From Raillietiella orientalis (Eukaryota), in the NCBI GenBank assembly GCA_036172245.1, contig JAYWIR010000053.1, positions 1 through 64,000 on the forward strand: DNA of 64,000 nt. Direction: 5' to 3'. The notes below the pieces were generated by a model that made no database searches, was not told where the DNA came from, and was given only the letters and a program-made list of their open reading frames with translations. Positions 22,519 through 33,212 of this stretch are shown here, piece by piece; position 1 is the first letter of the stretch, and every line of letters starts with the position of its first letter. Made by a program: the position numbers and the translations under genes.

Positions 22519-25500
22519 TCACCGGGTTGGCCGCTGATGAGGGTGTGTAAACCGGCGGTGTATTGCGGCGAGATTCCTCTTTGTCTCCTCTGTCAAATGA
22601 GGCCATCTTGCGGATGCTCCCATGTAGAAGGATGCTTTGCTGATTACCTCTTGGTGCTGTCCGTTGATTACCAACGCCTGGCAGCCGGAAACTATCGCGC
22701 GTATGCAACCGATGGTTGCAATCCTTGGGCTTAGTGAATGCCCGCTCGGCGTGAAGAATCGTCGCAGCAAGTCTCTTGCGGTGTCCACGGGATGCAATAG
22801 TGCTGTTGCCAGCCTATGCCACAGTCCTTGTAGGACACCGCAGTCCAGAAGTAGGTGCGGAATCGACTCCGTCGATCCGCACCGAACGCAGTTCGCAGAC
22901 GCAAGTCCCCCGGAGTCACGATTCCAACGCTCGTTGCACTGAAAACCCCAGTGAACGAAAAGCAGCACGGCTTGTTTCCAAGCAAGGGGGAGCAGCGAAC
23001 TGTCCATACACTGTGGAGGGAATACAAGTTCTTCGGGGGTGACAGCAAGTTCTTCTGCCCACCGGAGGAGTCCCTTTGCAGTAACACGAGGAGTGGCGGC
23101 GTCCGCCAACTCACTTGTCTTCCAGGTGCCAAGAAGTTTGGTTCTTCCCGCTATCGTGCAGGAAACCTCCCACCTCGCCGGTTGGTAACTGTCGTTTCGT
23201 GCTCTGAGGGCAGACAGCGCTGCGGCAAGAGGCGTGGCCGCCAGGGTAGAAAACTTCACCTCGTCCTGCATTACTTCTTCCAAGGATCGTGGAAAAAATT
23301 GGCGCAGGGGGCGAAGATCTTCAGGGCGTATTCCTTGGAACGCCGCCCAGGATTCAACAGACTCCTGCCGCCAAGCTTCAACGTTCATTGGGCGGCAGGA
23401 GATCCAAGAGTGTGCTTCCAGAAGTGCGGTCAACTGCCGCAATGGAAACCCGAAACCCCGCTTCCTGTATTGAGTGCCCGGCAAAAGCGAGAGAAATCCT
23501 CCGCTGCCGGCGCATCTCCGCAGGAGAATGCGAGCTGGCACACACAGCGATGATGTCCATAGCTGGGCACACAGTGCCAGCAGTCGGAACTGCACCTGCA
23601 GTCCGATTCACTCCATTGTCAGGATACCCAAACCAGCATCCCGACGCGGAGCTGACAAATCTTTAAGGCGGATCCTGGATCTCGCCGGACCCCAGAGAGC
23701 GTTCCTGTGCAGGCGCTTAGCTTGCTGTTTTGCCGCATAGGGTGGGTCCAAAACAAAAAACAGGGGACGGAGGAGGGGGGCCACAAAGGTGTTCCAAATA
23801 GTCGCCCGTTCCTGCAAGGTAAACTTGCCGTTAAAGAACGGGCTGATGGCCAACTCTGCTTTCTGAAGACAGTCCGCCCACGCTTCGGCTGCGCCGAAAG
23901 CGCCCAACGGAACGCCAAGGTACTTAAAGTACCCGCCCGTGGGGATCCCCAGGCGGATCCAGTCGGACTGCCCCTCCCACGACGTACCCACAGGAACCAC
24001 CACGCTTCTCTCTCTGTTCACGCTCACGCCCGCTCCCCGACGAATCAGGACGAAGAAATCCTCGACACTGGACGCCGGGGTGGACATGGGGAGCAGAAGA
24101 AGCAGGTCATCAGCGTAGGCGGCCACGGCAGGCTTTCCCGGGCAGGAGCTTGGCAAGTGAGACAGCGTCAGCCTGTATGCTCTTAGCACCAACTCAAAGA
24201 AGATGCTGAACAGCAACGGGCTTAAGCTGTCGCCCTGTCGGATGCCCCTACGAAAGGGAATACCATACACGCGGCAGCCGCTAAAAGTGATGCAGGTTAG
24301 CGCGTGGCGCCAGCACGCGCGCAAATACAGCAGGAGTTGCGCCGGGAACCCAAGGCGTTCCATAAGCTCCAAAAGCAGCTTCTGGTTTATGCAGTCGAAC
24401 GCCTTGTGGAGATCGACCGCGACCGCCAAGGCACCTGGCGTTCCCTCCTGCCGTCGGCGCCTGTTCTTTTTGCCTGCGGCAGTGACTTTCGCAGCAGCCT
24501 GGCTTTGCTGCGCCACAACTTCCTGCAGCTGCATCCATGTACGCGCGAAAAGGATGTTCACCTCCATGGGTCGTCCCGGAACCGCGTAGGTTTGTTCCGG
24601 GCTCACCACAGATTCCGCGATTCTTCCTAACCGCGCTACCCACAGCTTGGAAAACAACTTGACGTCCGAGTTCACCAAGGTGATCGGACGCCAGTTGTTA
24701 AGTTGGCGCAAGTCTCCGCCTTCCGGCAGGAGACGCACCTTCGCTGAGCGGAAGGAATCAGGAAAATTCCCGGATTCACTCATCAGCGTCGCGAGTTTCA
24801 GCATCAAGGGAATGAGCTCCACTGCAAAGCACTGATAAAACTCTGCAGGGAGCCCATCCTCGCCTGGCGCCTTGCGTCTCTTCAGCCCAGCGATGGCGGA
24901 CGAAAATTCATGCGCCCCGAAGGGCTCGTCGAGACGTTCGCGTTCCTCCTCGCCGACAACCCGAGCATCCTGAGACAGCAGTATCTCAGAAAGAATATCC
25001 TCCGTCGGGGATTCCGCGTAGAGCGAGGAGTTGTAGCGTCTCACAATGCGGCGAACTTCGGCTGGAGCCGAACATTCCTGGCCCTTGTCGTCCAACAGGC
25101 ATGCTGCTCCGGACTGCCAGACCTGGCGCTCGGCCCTCGCCTTGTACTCTGCGAGACGCCCGACATCGGCGCGTCTCGAAAACGTGCGGGCCTGCAGAAA
25201 GTCTCTACTGTTGGCCACGCCCTCTCCGAAACCGCGTGGAAGCCGGTGCAAGGGGAATTGGCAGCAGAACTCGCGGACAGATCTTTTGAGATCGTCCCAG
25301 TCCGCAAGTTCTTGAATAGCAAAGCCTCGAAGGTATCCACGTAGATGCTCCGTAGCCTCCGGTTGGCTAAGTCAATCCGCCTGCATCCTCCAGTTTTGCA
25401 ACGGAGGCCCCCTGCCTGGCGGAAGAATCTCAAACTTCAACCTGTGGTGGTCAGAAAGCCTAGTCAACAATCTTCCTCTCCTACCTACATGCGAATGCAG

Positions 25501-26112
25501 ATTTTCATCGAGGAAAATGTGATCGAGCGATCTTTTCATTCCAGGTTCGCTGACCATCAAGTTGGCGGCGTGCACGGACGCGCACTTCTCGATGGAGAGC
25601 GCGCGCTCACTCGGCCGGCTCCAATCGTCGGAGAGCAGGCGGACGTTGAAGTCCCCAGCAACGAGGTGCGCCACTTGGAAACCGGAGTTGTTGAGCCAGT
25701 GGCTCTGCACCTCACCAATGAAAGCTACTCTTTCTTCGAGGTAGCGATAGCCACTCGGCGCGTAGACGTTCGTAACGACGAGATCGATGGACTCGGAACT
25801 CTTCATGACAAGCTGGCCTATCCGTCCGTCGTCATCGAAACGAACACTACGCACCGCTTCCGCCATTTTTCCTCTTACGAGGAACGCGACGCCGCACGTG
25901 TGTGCGCCGCCGCACCGCCAATGTAGCGTTCCGCCTGCGCGCTCCTCGATTTCGGCTGCCTGCTCGTCGGAGATTACGTGAATCTCCTGCAGGAGCGCGA
26001 GGTCGACGGGGCGCAGGGCGTTGGCTACTAATCGCCTCTTCTCGTCGTTCTGTAGTCCGTTCACGTTCCAACACGTTACGGACAGACGACGAGAAGACGC
26101 GATTCCCCGCAT
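22519..26112 (-). pseudogene. Left C ORF2 (endonuclease, RT, zinc finger), one frame with premature stops at 25372 and 23608
   Basis: CWNVNG, LQEIH, NVYAP, AGDFN, LDH, SDH, DLHKAFD, YADD and CVRC...PHLLLDC. Confidence 0.94.
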
Positions 26113-28034
26113 TACTGCTGGGAAGGTGGCAGCTTTTTGCTCGCTTTATGCGGCGAGCAGACGGCGAGCAGCACGACTGGCTGGAGGGGACGGTCGCCAC
26201 CGTCCTCTGTCGTGCTGCATGCATGTAATGCCTCCACGCTAGGCTGAACCCCGTCGGGTTTCGTGGAGACTTCGCGTTGCTTCGCGGCGAGCGTTGCCTG
26301 GCTGCCTACTCTTGATCGGCGCGCACACGCTTTTGAACGAGTTGTCCTCGTCTCGGTGATCGGAACGGCATCCATTTCGGAGTCCGACCGGCGCATGTTC
26401 GATAGGGTTTCGGCCTTCCGCGAAGCAGTGACAGGTTCTGCTGGATTGACAGCTGTCCTGTTTTCGTTTTCCGTCACCAGAGCATAGCTTTTGGTGACGG
26501 CTGCTTTCCCGGCGCGCGCGTTTTCAGCGTGCTCACGCGCAGTTGCACGAGGGACCTTTGCTGAAGTCTTCTTTATTTCATTACGGTTCCTCACTCCGCG
26601 TGGCACCGTAAATGGAGATTGTGCTCCATGGCCATCTTTGAAGCCATCCGCGTCTTTGGACGGGAGCACTTTCGATGGCTCCGACACGCTCGTCATGGAC
26701 GCTGCTTTCGGAAGGGCTTTTAATCCCTTCGTTGGCATGGCATCCGCGCCAGTCGAGAGCTTGCTCTCCGACTGCGACCGCGTGAGATTTTTCTCCGCTT
26801 TCGCGGTGTTGGATCGCGACGCGGATTTTTTTTTGCCGACTTTCGAAGTCGACACGGCACAACCCTTCTTACCCGATTTGGGCTTTTCAGCCACTGCAGG
26901 AGGTACAGGAATGGATCTGACGGTACTGGAAGTGTCCTTACCGCCGTTGTCCATTGGCGTCCCCGCCGGTTGCTCGAACTCCGAGAGAGCCGGGCGTGCT
27001 TGGGAAGGACAGCTATTGCGCCTAGGGGGAATTACCATTGCCCCGGATTCCCCGCACCCTTTCTTTTGCGGCTTTCCTGCCGCAAGAGGGGGTGCGCAGG
27101 GCTTCGCGTGCGAGGTTTCCTGCTGCTTTGGGGCGACATTCCGCCTCGCGTTTTTACCGAATTTCTGCCGTGGGGTCTCCAGGTTTTTCGCAGATTTTTT
27201 CTTTTTATCCGCGCTTTGTTTTCTAGGATGGAGCTTCGCCGCTGACTTTTTTCGCAAAAGATCCGGGCAATTTTTCAATTGGTGCCCGGATAGTTTGCAA
27301 TAACGGCATTTTCCAGAGGGGCATTTATCCAAACAATGCTCCTCCTTCCCGCATTGCTCGCACGTTTCTACTTTGCCCACGAACCACTGGTGAACGACCG
27401 TGTCTTTCACCTGTAGTTTGGTGGGCAGCAGACGGCGGTCCGGCATTGTAAGCTGGACTCCAGCGACTCCGCTGTGTATGGACGGGAAGTCCTTGAGGTT
27501 GCTACGCACCCTCCACAGCGCATGGACCGTGGCGAATTTCGCCAACGCGTTCCGAATATCAGTATCGGAGATTTCCGACTCGATGTCGAAAATCTCCACC
27601 ACAAATGAGTCGTCCATGGCGGCCGAGAAGACCTTCTGGCCACGGATCGACAACGGGGTGCGCAGCAAGCGTTGCACAAGTGCAGCGTCTTTGCAACGCA
27701 CCTTGAAATAGCCCATGTCTTTTACGGGCATAATGGCGAGAAGGTCCTCCTCCCGCACGCCAACACGGGTCAGTTCATCGTTGAACTGATTCCTTTCGCG
27801 CGCAGAAAGAAAACCATTCACCTTATATCGGTGAGCAGGTCGATAGCCTTGGGCTACGTATGCCCGCAACTCCGACTCGTCGAGTGGTTTTCCTTTGACG
27901 GCTGCTGTGGCAGCAACGTCAGCAAATCTCCTATCCATTGGCGAGAAAGACGAAGTGGAGGCGGCCGTCGGTTCCGCGATTGCAGATCCGGATTCTGTTC
28001 CTCCAACTTCAGTAGCTTTGGGTTGGGTCGACAT
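26112..28034 (-). CDS. Left C ORF1, open (about 640 aa): RRM-like core, two CCHC knuckles, long basic Ser/Ala/Lys-rich tail
   Basis: Uninterrupted ORF with CEQCGKEEHCLDKC and CRYCKLSGHQLKNC; its stop overlaps the ORF2 ATG. Confidence 0.88.
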   Translation of the reverse strand: MSTQPKATEVGGTESGSAIAEPTAASTSSFSPMDRRFADVAATAAVKGKPLDESELRAYVAQGYRPAHRYKVNGFLSARERNQFNDELTRVGVREEDLLAIMPVKDMGYFKVRCKDAALVQRLLRTPLSIRGQKVFSAAMDDSFVVEIFDIESEISDTDIRNALAKFATVHALWRVRSNLKDFPSIHSGVAGVQLTMPDRRLLPTKLQVKDTVVHQWFVGKVETCEQCGKEEHCLDKCPSGKCRYCKLSGHQLKNCPDLLRKKSAAKLHPRKQSADKKKKSAKNLETPRQKFGKNARRNVAPKQQETSHAKPCAPPLAAGKPQKKGCGESGAMVIPPRRNSCPSQARPALSEFEQPAGTPMDNGGKDTSSTVRSIPVPPAVAEKPKSGKKGCAVSTSKVGKKKSASRSNTAKAEKNLTRSQSESKLSTGADAMPTKGLKALPKAASMTSVSEPSKVLPSKDADGFKDGHGAQSPFTVPRGVRNRNEIKKTSAKVPRATAREHAENARAGKAAVTKSYALVTENENRTAVNPAEPVTASRKAETLSNMRRSDSEMDAVPITETRTTRSKACARRSRVGSQATLAAKQREVSTKPDGVQPSVEALHACSTTEDGGDRPLQPVVLLAVCSPHKASKKLPPSQQ

Positions 28035-28112
28035 CGTCGTCAAAATGTACGACGCCAAGATGAAGCGGATGAAAGCACGGAGACGAGAGCGAAGAAAAAC
28101 ACGTCCGCACTC

Positions 28113-28581
28113 GATTGAAATCTCCCGCTTTCAGGTGAGGCTTCCGCCCGTTCCTGTCCGCCAGCCAGTCGCGCTTCAGGGTTTCCAGCAGCCTGGTGCG
28201 GTCGCGGTAACCCTGTTTGCCGCTGGGTCCATACACGTTTGTGACGATTAGGTCGATCGAGTCGGACCAGCAGAGAATCAGCTGATCGATCCGACCGTCG
28301 TCATCAAACCGCACGATCTTTACGGCAGCGTCGATGGCCGGCTTCACGAAGAACGCGACCCCGCAGGTGTTGCGGAGGCCGCATCGCCAATACAGCCGAC
28401 CCCCCGCGATCGTCTCGATTTCCTGGGCGTCTGCCGCGGTGATCACGTGGATCTACTGCAGCAGCGCCAGGTCGAGCTCACGCAGAGTGTCGGCTGTATC
28501 TCGCCTGTTGCCGTCGTCGCGCAGCCCGTTGACGTTCCAACAGGCCGCGCGAATCCGACGGCGACTGGCGAGCCCAGGTGT
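28113..28581 (-). pseudogene. Left D ORF2 endonuclease N-terminal half
   Basis: CWNVNG, LQ*IH, NVYGP and AGDFN. Confidence 0.9.
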
Positions 28582-30452
28582 TAGTCCAGGGAAAACGGCG
28601 ATGCGGCGTCCGCCACCTGCTGGGGCGGGACGCTAGGTAGAGGGGGAGGAAGGACAGGTACTGAAGGCACCTTTTCCTCCTCCTCCATCGGTGCCGGCGC
28701 GTCGAGCGGGTCACCCTCAGGTGGGGTCGCGCCTACCTGTTGGCCCTCCTCCATGGGGGCGGGCTGTTCAGGCTCGGCGACTGCAGGGAGGACTTCGCCT
28801 TCTTGCTCACCCTTCTCTATGGGGGTTGCCGGCTCGACGGCTTCCGAGCGTGGGAGTTCAACCTCCGGCATTCCCACGCTACCGCTGGCTTCCTGCTTCT
28901 ACTCCTCGCTGGTGGAGGGGAGGAGCCTCCTTGGTTTCTGGGACTTGCGTCCCGACTTCCTATGGGTGCCTCCGAGGAGGAGGATCCGCTTCCGGCTTAC
29001 AGGTCGCACTCACCTGCGGGGGCCTTCTTCGTCGGGCCGACCTGCGTACGCCCTTGCACGACGGGGTTTCGCGCTCGGCGAGCGTTGCTGCGAGCTCCTC
29101 CGCCGCTTTCTCGAAGGCCGCGTCTTCGCCAGCGGCGACCGTTTCCGCGGGCTGCTCCGCGACCTTATCGAGCGCGGCGTCATCGTTGACGGCGAACGTT
29201 GCCGCGGGCTCCTCCGCGACTTTATCGAGCGCGGCGTCCTGGCTGTCGGCGCGCGAGTCTCGCGTCTCACCCTCTAAACGTAGATTGGGCTCGTCCACGC
29301 GAGTATTCATCGCGTCCGCATCAGCTGTTCCGCGAACATTGCCGCGGGCGGACTCGGCAGGAACGGCTAAGCGTTCCAGTGCCACCGAGCATTCGCGGAG
29401 TTTTTTTTTTGAAAGCGGCGCGGCTTTTTTCTTGTTGCCGGCAGTTTTCTTCTCCGAATTTTCTTCTATCATCACTTTCTTTTTTTTCTCTTTTCTGGCC
29501 TGAACCAGCTGCCAACCCTCCTCCATTCCCGCGTCCACGGGAGCTATTTGCTCCGACGTCTGTACGGGAGGAAGGGAGGCTGGCAGTTGGGAACGGCCAT
29601 TTTCGCGAGCTGGTTTTTCCACCAGCTTTCCACGTTTTCCCTGCGCCTTTTTGGCGGCAGGGGGCACCGGGGTGGGGCGCTTGGGGCACACGCGCCGAAC
29701 GTGACCCTTTTCGCCGCATAGGTGGCACACAATGTTCGGGCACCTTTTTCGGAGATGCCTACTGCATTGCAGTAGCCACAAAATTAGCGTTTCCCCACGT
29801 ACCAGAGGTCCACCGCTTCTTGGCAGACCTCCAGCTTATGGGGAAGCGCACCACCCTTTTTTACCGTGATTGGCGCCGCAGCTTGACCTCCGAAAAGGCT
29901 ATTGTAGCCTCGGAAAATCGTGGACTTCGGCCACAACGCGTGCACTTCTCCGTGCTCTTGTAGCTGTTCTCGAACCGCTGACCTCGTCATGCGACTTGAG
30001 ATCCCAGTGAGATGGACCACCACCGAGCGGTCCATCGTTATCGGTAAGATCTTCCGACCATCAACGATCAGCGGGTCGGTGATCAGGTGTCGGGCCAAGG
30101 TGATATCCTTGCATACCACCTCGACCCGCTGCCCGCCGCTGAGGACGCAGAGGCCGTCGAGATCTTTTTCAAAAATATTGGCGTCCTGCAGCGCCTTCGT
30201 AAAGGCGCGTGCAGTTCGCCCATCGAAAAGGTTGCCTACCTTGTAGACTAGCGAGGGTTTATACCCCGCTTTCTTGTAGGCTTCCATCTCGGCCATGGCT
30301 TCCACGCTTGGCGCGGCCACCATGGCGCTCCATGACCTCGGCGTCGCCGGGGACGATTCCGGGGCGGATGCCCCTGATGCAGTAGGCTGTGGGGACGAAC
30401 AAGCTTCCATCACGCCTACTTCTATCGCGGCGTCCTCTGGCAACGCCGCCAT
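28581..30452 (-). pseudogene. Left D ORF1
   Basis: MAALPED..., DLWYVGK, CHLCGEKGHVRRVC and PMEE repeats, with frameshifts. Confidence 0.9.
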
Positions 30453-32752
30453 CGGACACCGACGATGTGCACGCAGAAATCACTTAATAAGAAAAAACAC
30501 TCGCTTTGCCACGCAGGCGGAGTGCAGGAAAAGCACGTCCGCTCTCCACAGCGGGGATTCGGCGAAGGGCTGAGGAACGACCGGGCATACCACCACGCCC
30601 GTCTTTACTCTAGGACTTCCGACGTTTGACGCCTGGCGGAGTATAAAGCTGGGGCTGAAGCGACAGACCTGGCAATCGGGGCCGGCCAGCTTGCTGGACG
30701 CCTCAAGAATGCTCAGCTCCGGCGAGAATAAACCGCATCCTGCGGGACTATTACTCCTCCTTGTACGTGCGTTGAACAACAGAGCGCGCCGTGGCGCAGC
30801 GCTTGCTGCTGCAAGGCGCCCCCGCGCTCCAGGAGGATCAGGCACATCAACTCGAGGAGCCTTTCTCGATGGCAAAGATCGTCTCCGCCATCGGAAAGCT
30901 CCGAAAGAGGAAAGCACCAGGGGAAGACGGTCTGCCCGCGGAGTTCTACCAAGGCTTCGTGGCGGAGCTGGCCCCCCTGGTGCATCGGCTATGCATGCTT
31001 ATCCGAGAACAAGGGGACGTCCCCAAATCGTTCCGGTCAGATACAGTACGTCTTCTGCTGAAAGGAGGAGACAATCGCAACGTAGGCAACTGGCGTCCCA
31101 TCACAGTAGTGAATGCGGATGCGAAGTTGCTTGCCAAGCTTTAAGCTGAGCGACTGGGACGGGTGGCGTAATCCGTGGTCAGTCCGGGGCAGACATACGC
31201 TGTTCCCGGACGAAGCATGGTGGCCAACCTGTTCCTCGCCAGTACATGGTGGCAGTTGCAACAAAGCAAAGACCAGGGAGGTCAAGAGAATCCTGCATTC
31301 TACTCTGTCCAGGGAGAGGACGCCCTTCATGGTAGAGCCGCGCCCGCTGCCCTTGAGGTCGCAGTCGATCTGCGTAAAGCATTCGATTGCGTCGACCAGG
31401 AACTGCTTCTGGAGCTCCTGGAACGCTAGGGATTCCCGGCCGTCTTCCGGGCTTACCTGCGCTCCTGCTGGCGCTTCGCTCTAATCAACATCTCTTTTAG
31501 CGGCCGGCACGTGTACGGCGTGCCGGTTCGGCGTGGCATTAGGCAGGGTGACAGTCTGAGCCCCTTGCTCTTCAGCATCTACTTCGAGCAGGTGCTGAGG
31601 GCATACCGTGAGACTCTGGCAACCCTGCCAAGCTCGTGTCCCGGCACGCCTGCCGTGTCGTCCTACGCCGACGAACTTCTGCTCCTGCTTCCCGGGTCCA
31701 TCCCGGCGTCAGCGCTCGAAGATTTCTTTGAGTTGCTGCGCCGCGGGACGGGCCTCGAGGTGAACAGAGAGAAATCTTCCATCGTTCCAACATCACCACA
31801 ACTTTTCAACAATACGGCGTGGGCCGGACGGCCGGACTGGATCCGCTTGGGGATCCCCACGGGCAGGTGCTTCAAGTACCTTTGCGTTTTGTTGGGGGAC
31901 TTCTGCGTTGCAGAAGCCTGGTCCGACCGTCTCCATAAGGTGGAGTTGGCGATGGGCCCGTTCCGGAACGGCAAGTTTTACTTGCTGGAGCGGGCCGCGG
32001 TGTGGAACGCGTTCGCGGCCCCCCTCCTTCGCCCCTTACTTTTTGTTTGCCTAGCCCGTCCCATCATACAGAGACCGACCAAAGCCCTCTTGAGGACTGC
32101 CCTTTGGGGCACAGCGAGGTCGCGAGTCCGATTGAAAGACTTGTGCGCTCCACGCAGGGATGGTGGCTTGGGCCTCCTTACGTTGGAGCGCATCCAACTA
32201 CAGACAACACTTCGGAAGTTAGTTCTTGCGACTAGCTTATGGATGACGCCATGGAGCGATATGGCACGGCTCCTCGCCAGAAGAGCGATCGGCTGCGAAG
32301 GATTGTCCTCGATCCTCGTGGCCTACTAGCACAGCCTCTCCAACTGTGGCCCCGATTTGCGCCAGATGGTCGCCCTTATGAGGGAGAATACCTGGATCTC
32401 CTGCATCCCCGTGAACTGCACTGCCTGGTTTCAGCAGTCAGCTTCCGCGCGGTTTAAGATCAACGGCACGAGCGAGGCGGAATACAACTGCTTACGACGA
32501 GGACCGTACGCTCGCCAGCCGCTGCAGGATATTATCTACACGCCCCGGAAGTTTCTGTGGGCTTCTTTCCGCCCCCTTGCCCCCGTTCTCTCCTTCCTTA
32601 AAAACACTAAAAGCACTAACGAGCGGGCATCGTGTGAAGTGTCCTGCCTCATTCGAGGTAGGAAAAAACCTTTAAAGGCGTTGACGACTCGGAATCACAT
32701 GAAGACGGAAAGGAATCACGCTTGAGGAGCAACACAGAACACGTCAGTGCAC

Positions 32753-33212
32753 CGTTGTCGTCGAGCGTATGCTCGACGACGTCGCCTTTGAACGAGCGGC
32801 GGTGGAGCTTGCTTTGTCCTTGCAGCGTCCGCTTAAATCCGCGAAAAAGGCCGTAAGGCGTTCGACCTCGAACAAGAATGCGGAGATTCCGAACTCTGAC
32901 GCAGAGGCGGAAAACACAGCCTGCGGCATCGCGGCCTCCCTTTCGAAGGCCAATCGCACGAACAAGGCTACCCGCAAGATTGTTCTGTTTCTAGAAAAGG
33001 TAGAGATAATTGAGGGAAGCGAGCGTGCCAATAAAGTAAGGAACTCCGGGGACTCCCCTCGAGAGGTAACCTCACGCTGCGTCCTCGGAGGGAGGGAAAG
33101 TGTAGAGTCTGTGCCCCAGAAGCTTCAAGTGCCTAAGATGGCTGCGGTCGCCTTACTCGTCCTTCCCACCTGTCCGTTGACAGGTGGTCCAACGCCAGGT
33201 TCCCAGTCTTAA
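32753..33212 (+). pseudogene. A2 ORF1 C-terminal part
   Basis: Open to the TAATG at 33210-33214; homologous to the A1 ORF1 tail. Confidence 0.85.

Larger units (their letters stand above)
22206..28112 (-). mobile_element. Element C (left copy), full length 5.9 kb, in sense within the D endonuclease
   Basis: TSD, 5' GGACGTG, ORF1, ORF2 and 3' AATAAA-hairpin. Confidence 0.94.
18832..30557 (-). mobile_element. Element D (left copy), full length, carrying nested C
   Basis: 5' TCCCC...GGACGTG; 3' AATAAAcgccccgggcgtacccgggtgataa; near-identical inverted copy of 43363-55025. Confidence 0.93.
18714..32695 (+). mobile_element. Element J, an E-related internal ORF2 fragment lacking both ends (own sequence at 18714-18831 and 30558-32695), interrupted by D[C]
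   Basis: DWDDFKSSVREFCDQFPLNRLPPGF continues as GEGLRNDRAY, then RT motifs (WRPITVVN, DLRKAFD, QGDSLSP, YADE). Confidence 0.82.
764..32752 (-). mobile_element. Non-LTR retrotransposon G, antisense in A2 ORF1; ORF1 and endonuclease lost; contains F and J
   Basis: Degenerate AATAAA-hairpin 3' end at 764-793. ORF2 pieces at 963-3144 and 18429-18716. A 5' leader with TGACGTGTT lies at about 32696-32752, next to the TSD. Confidence 0.75.
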
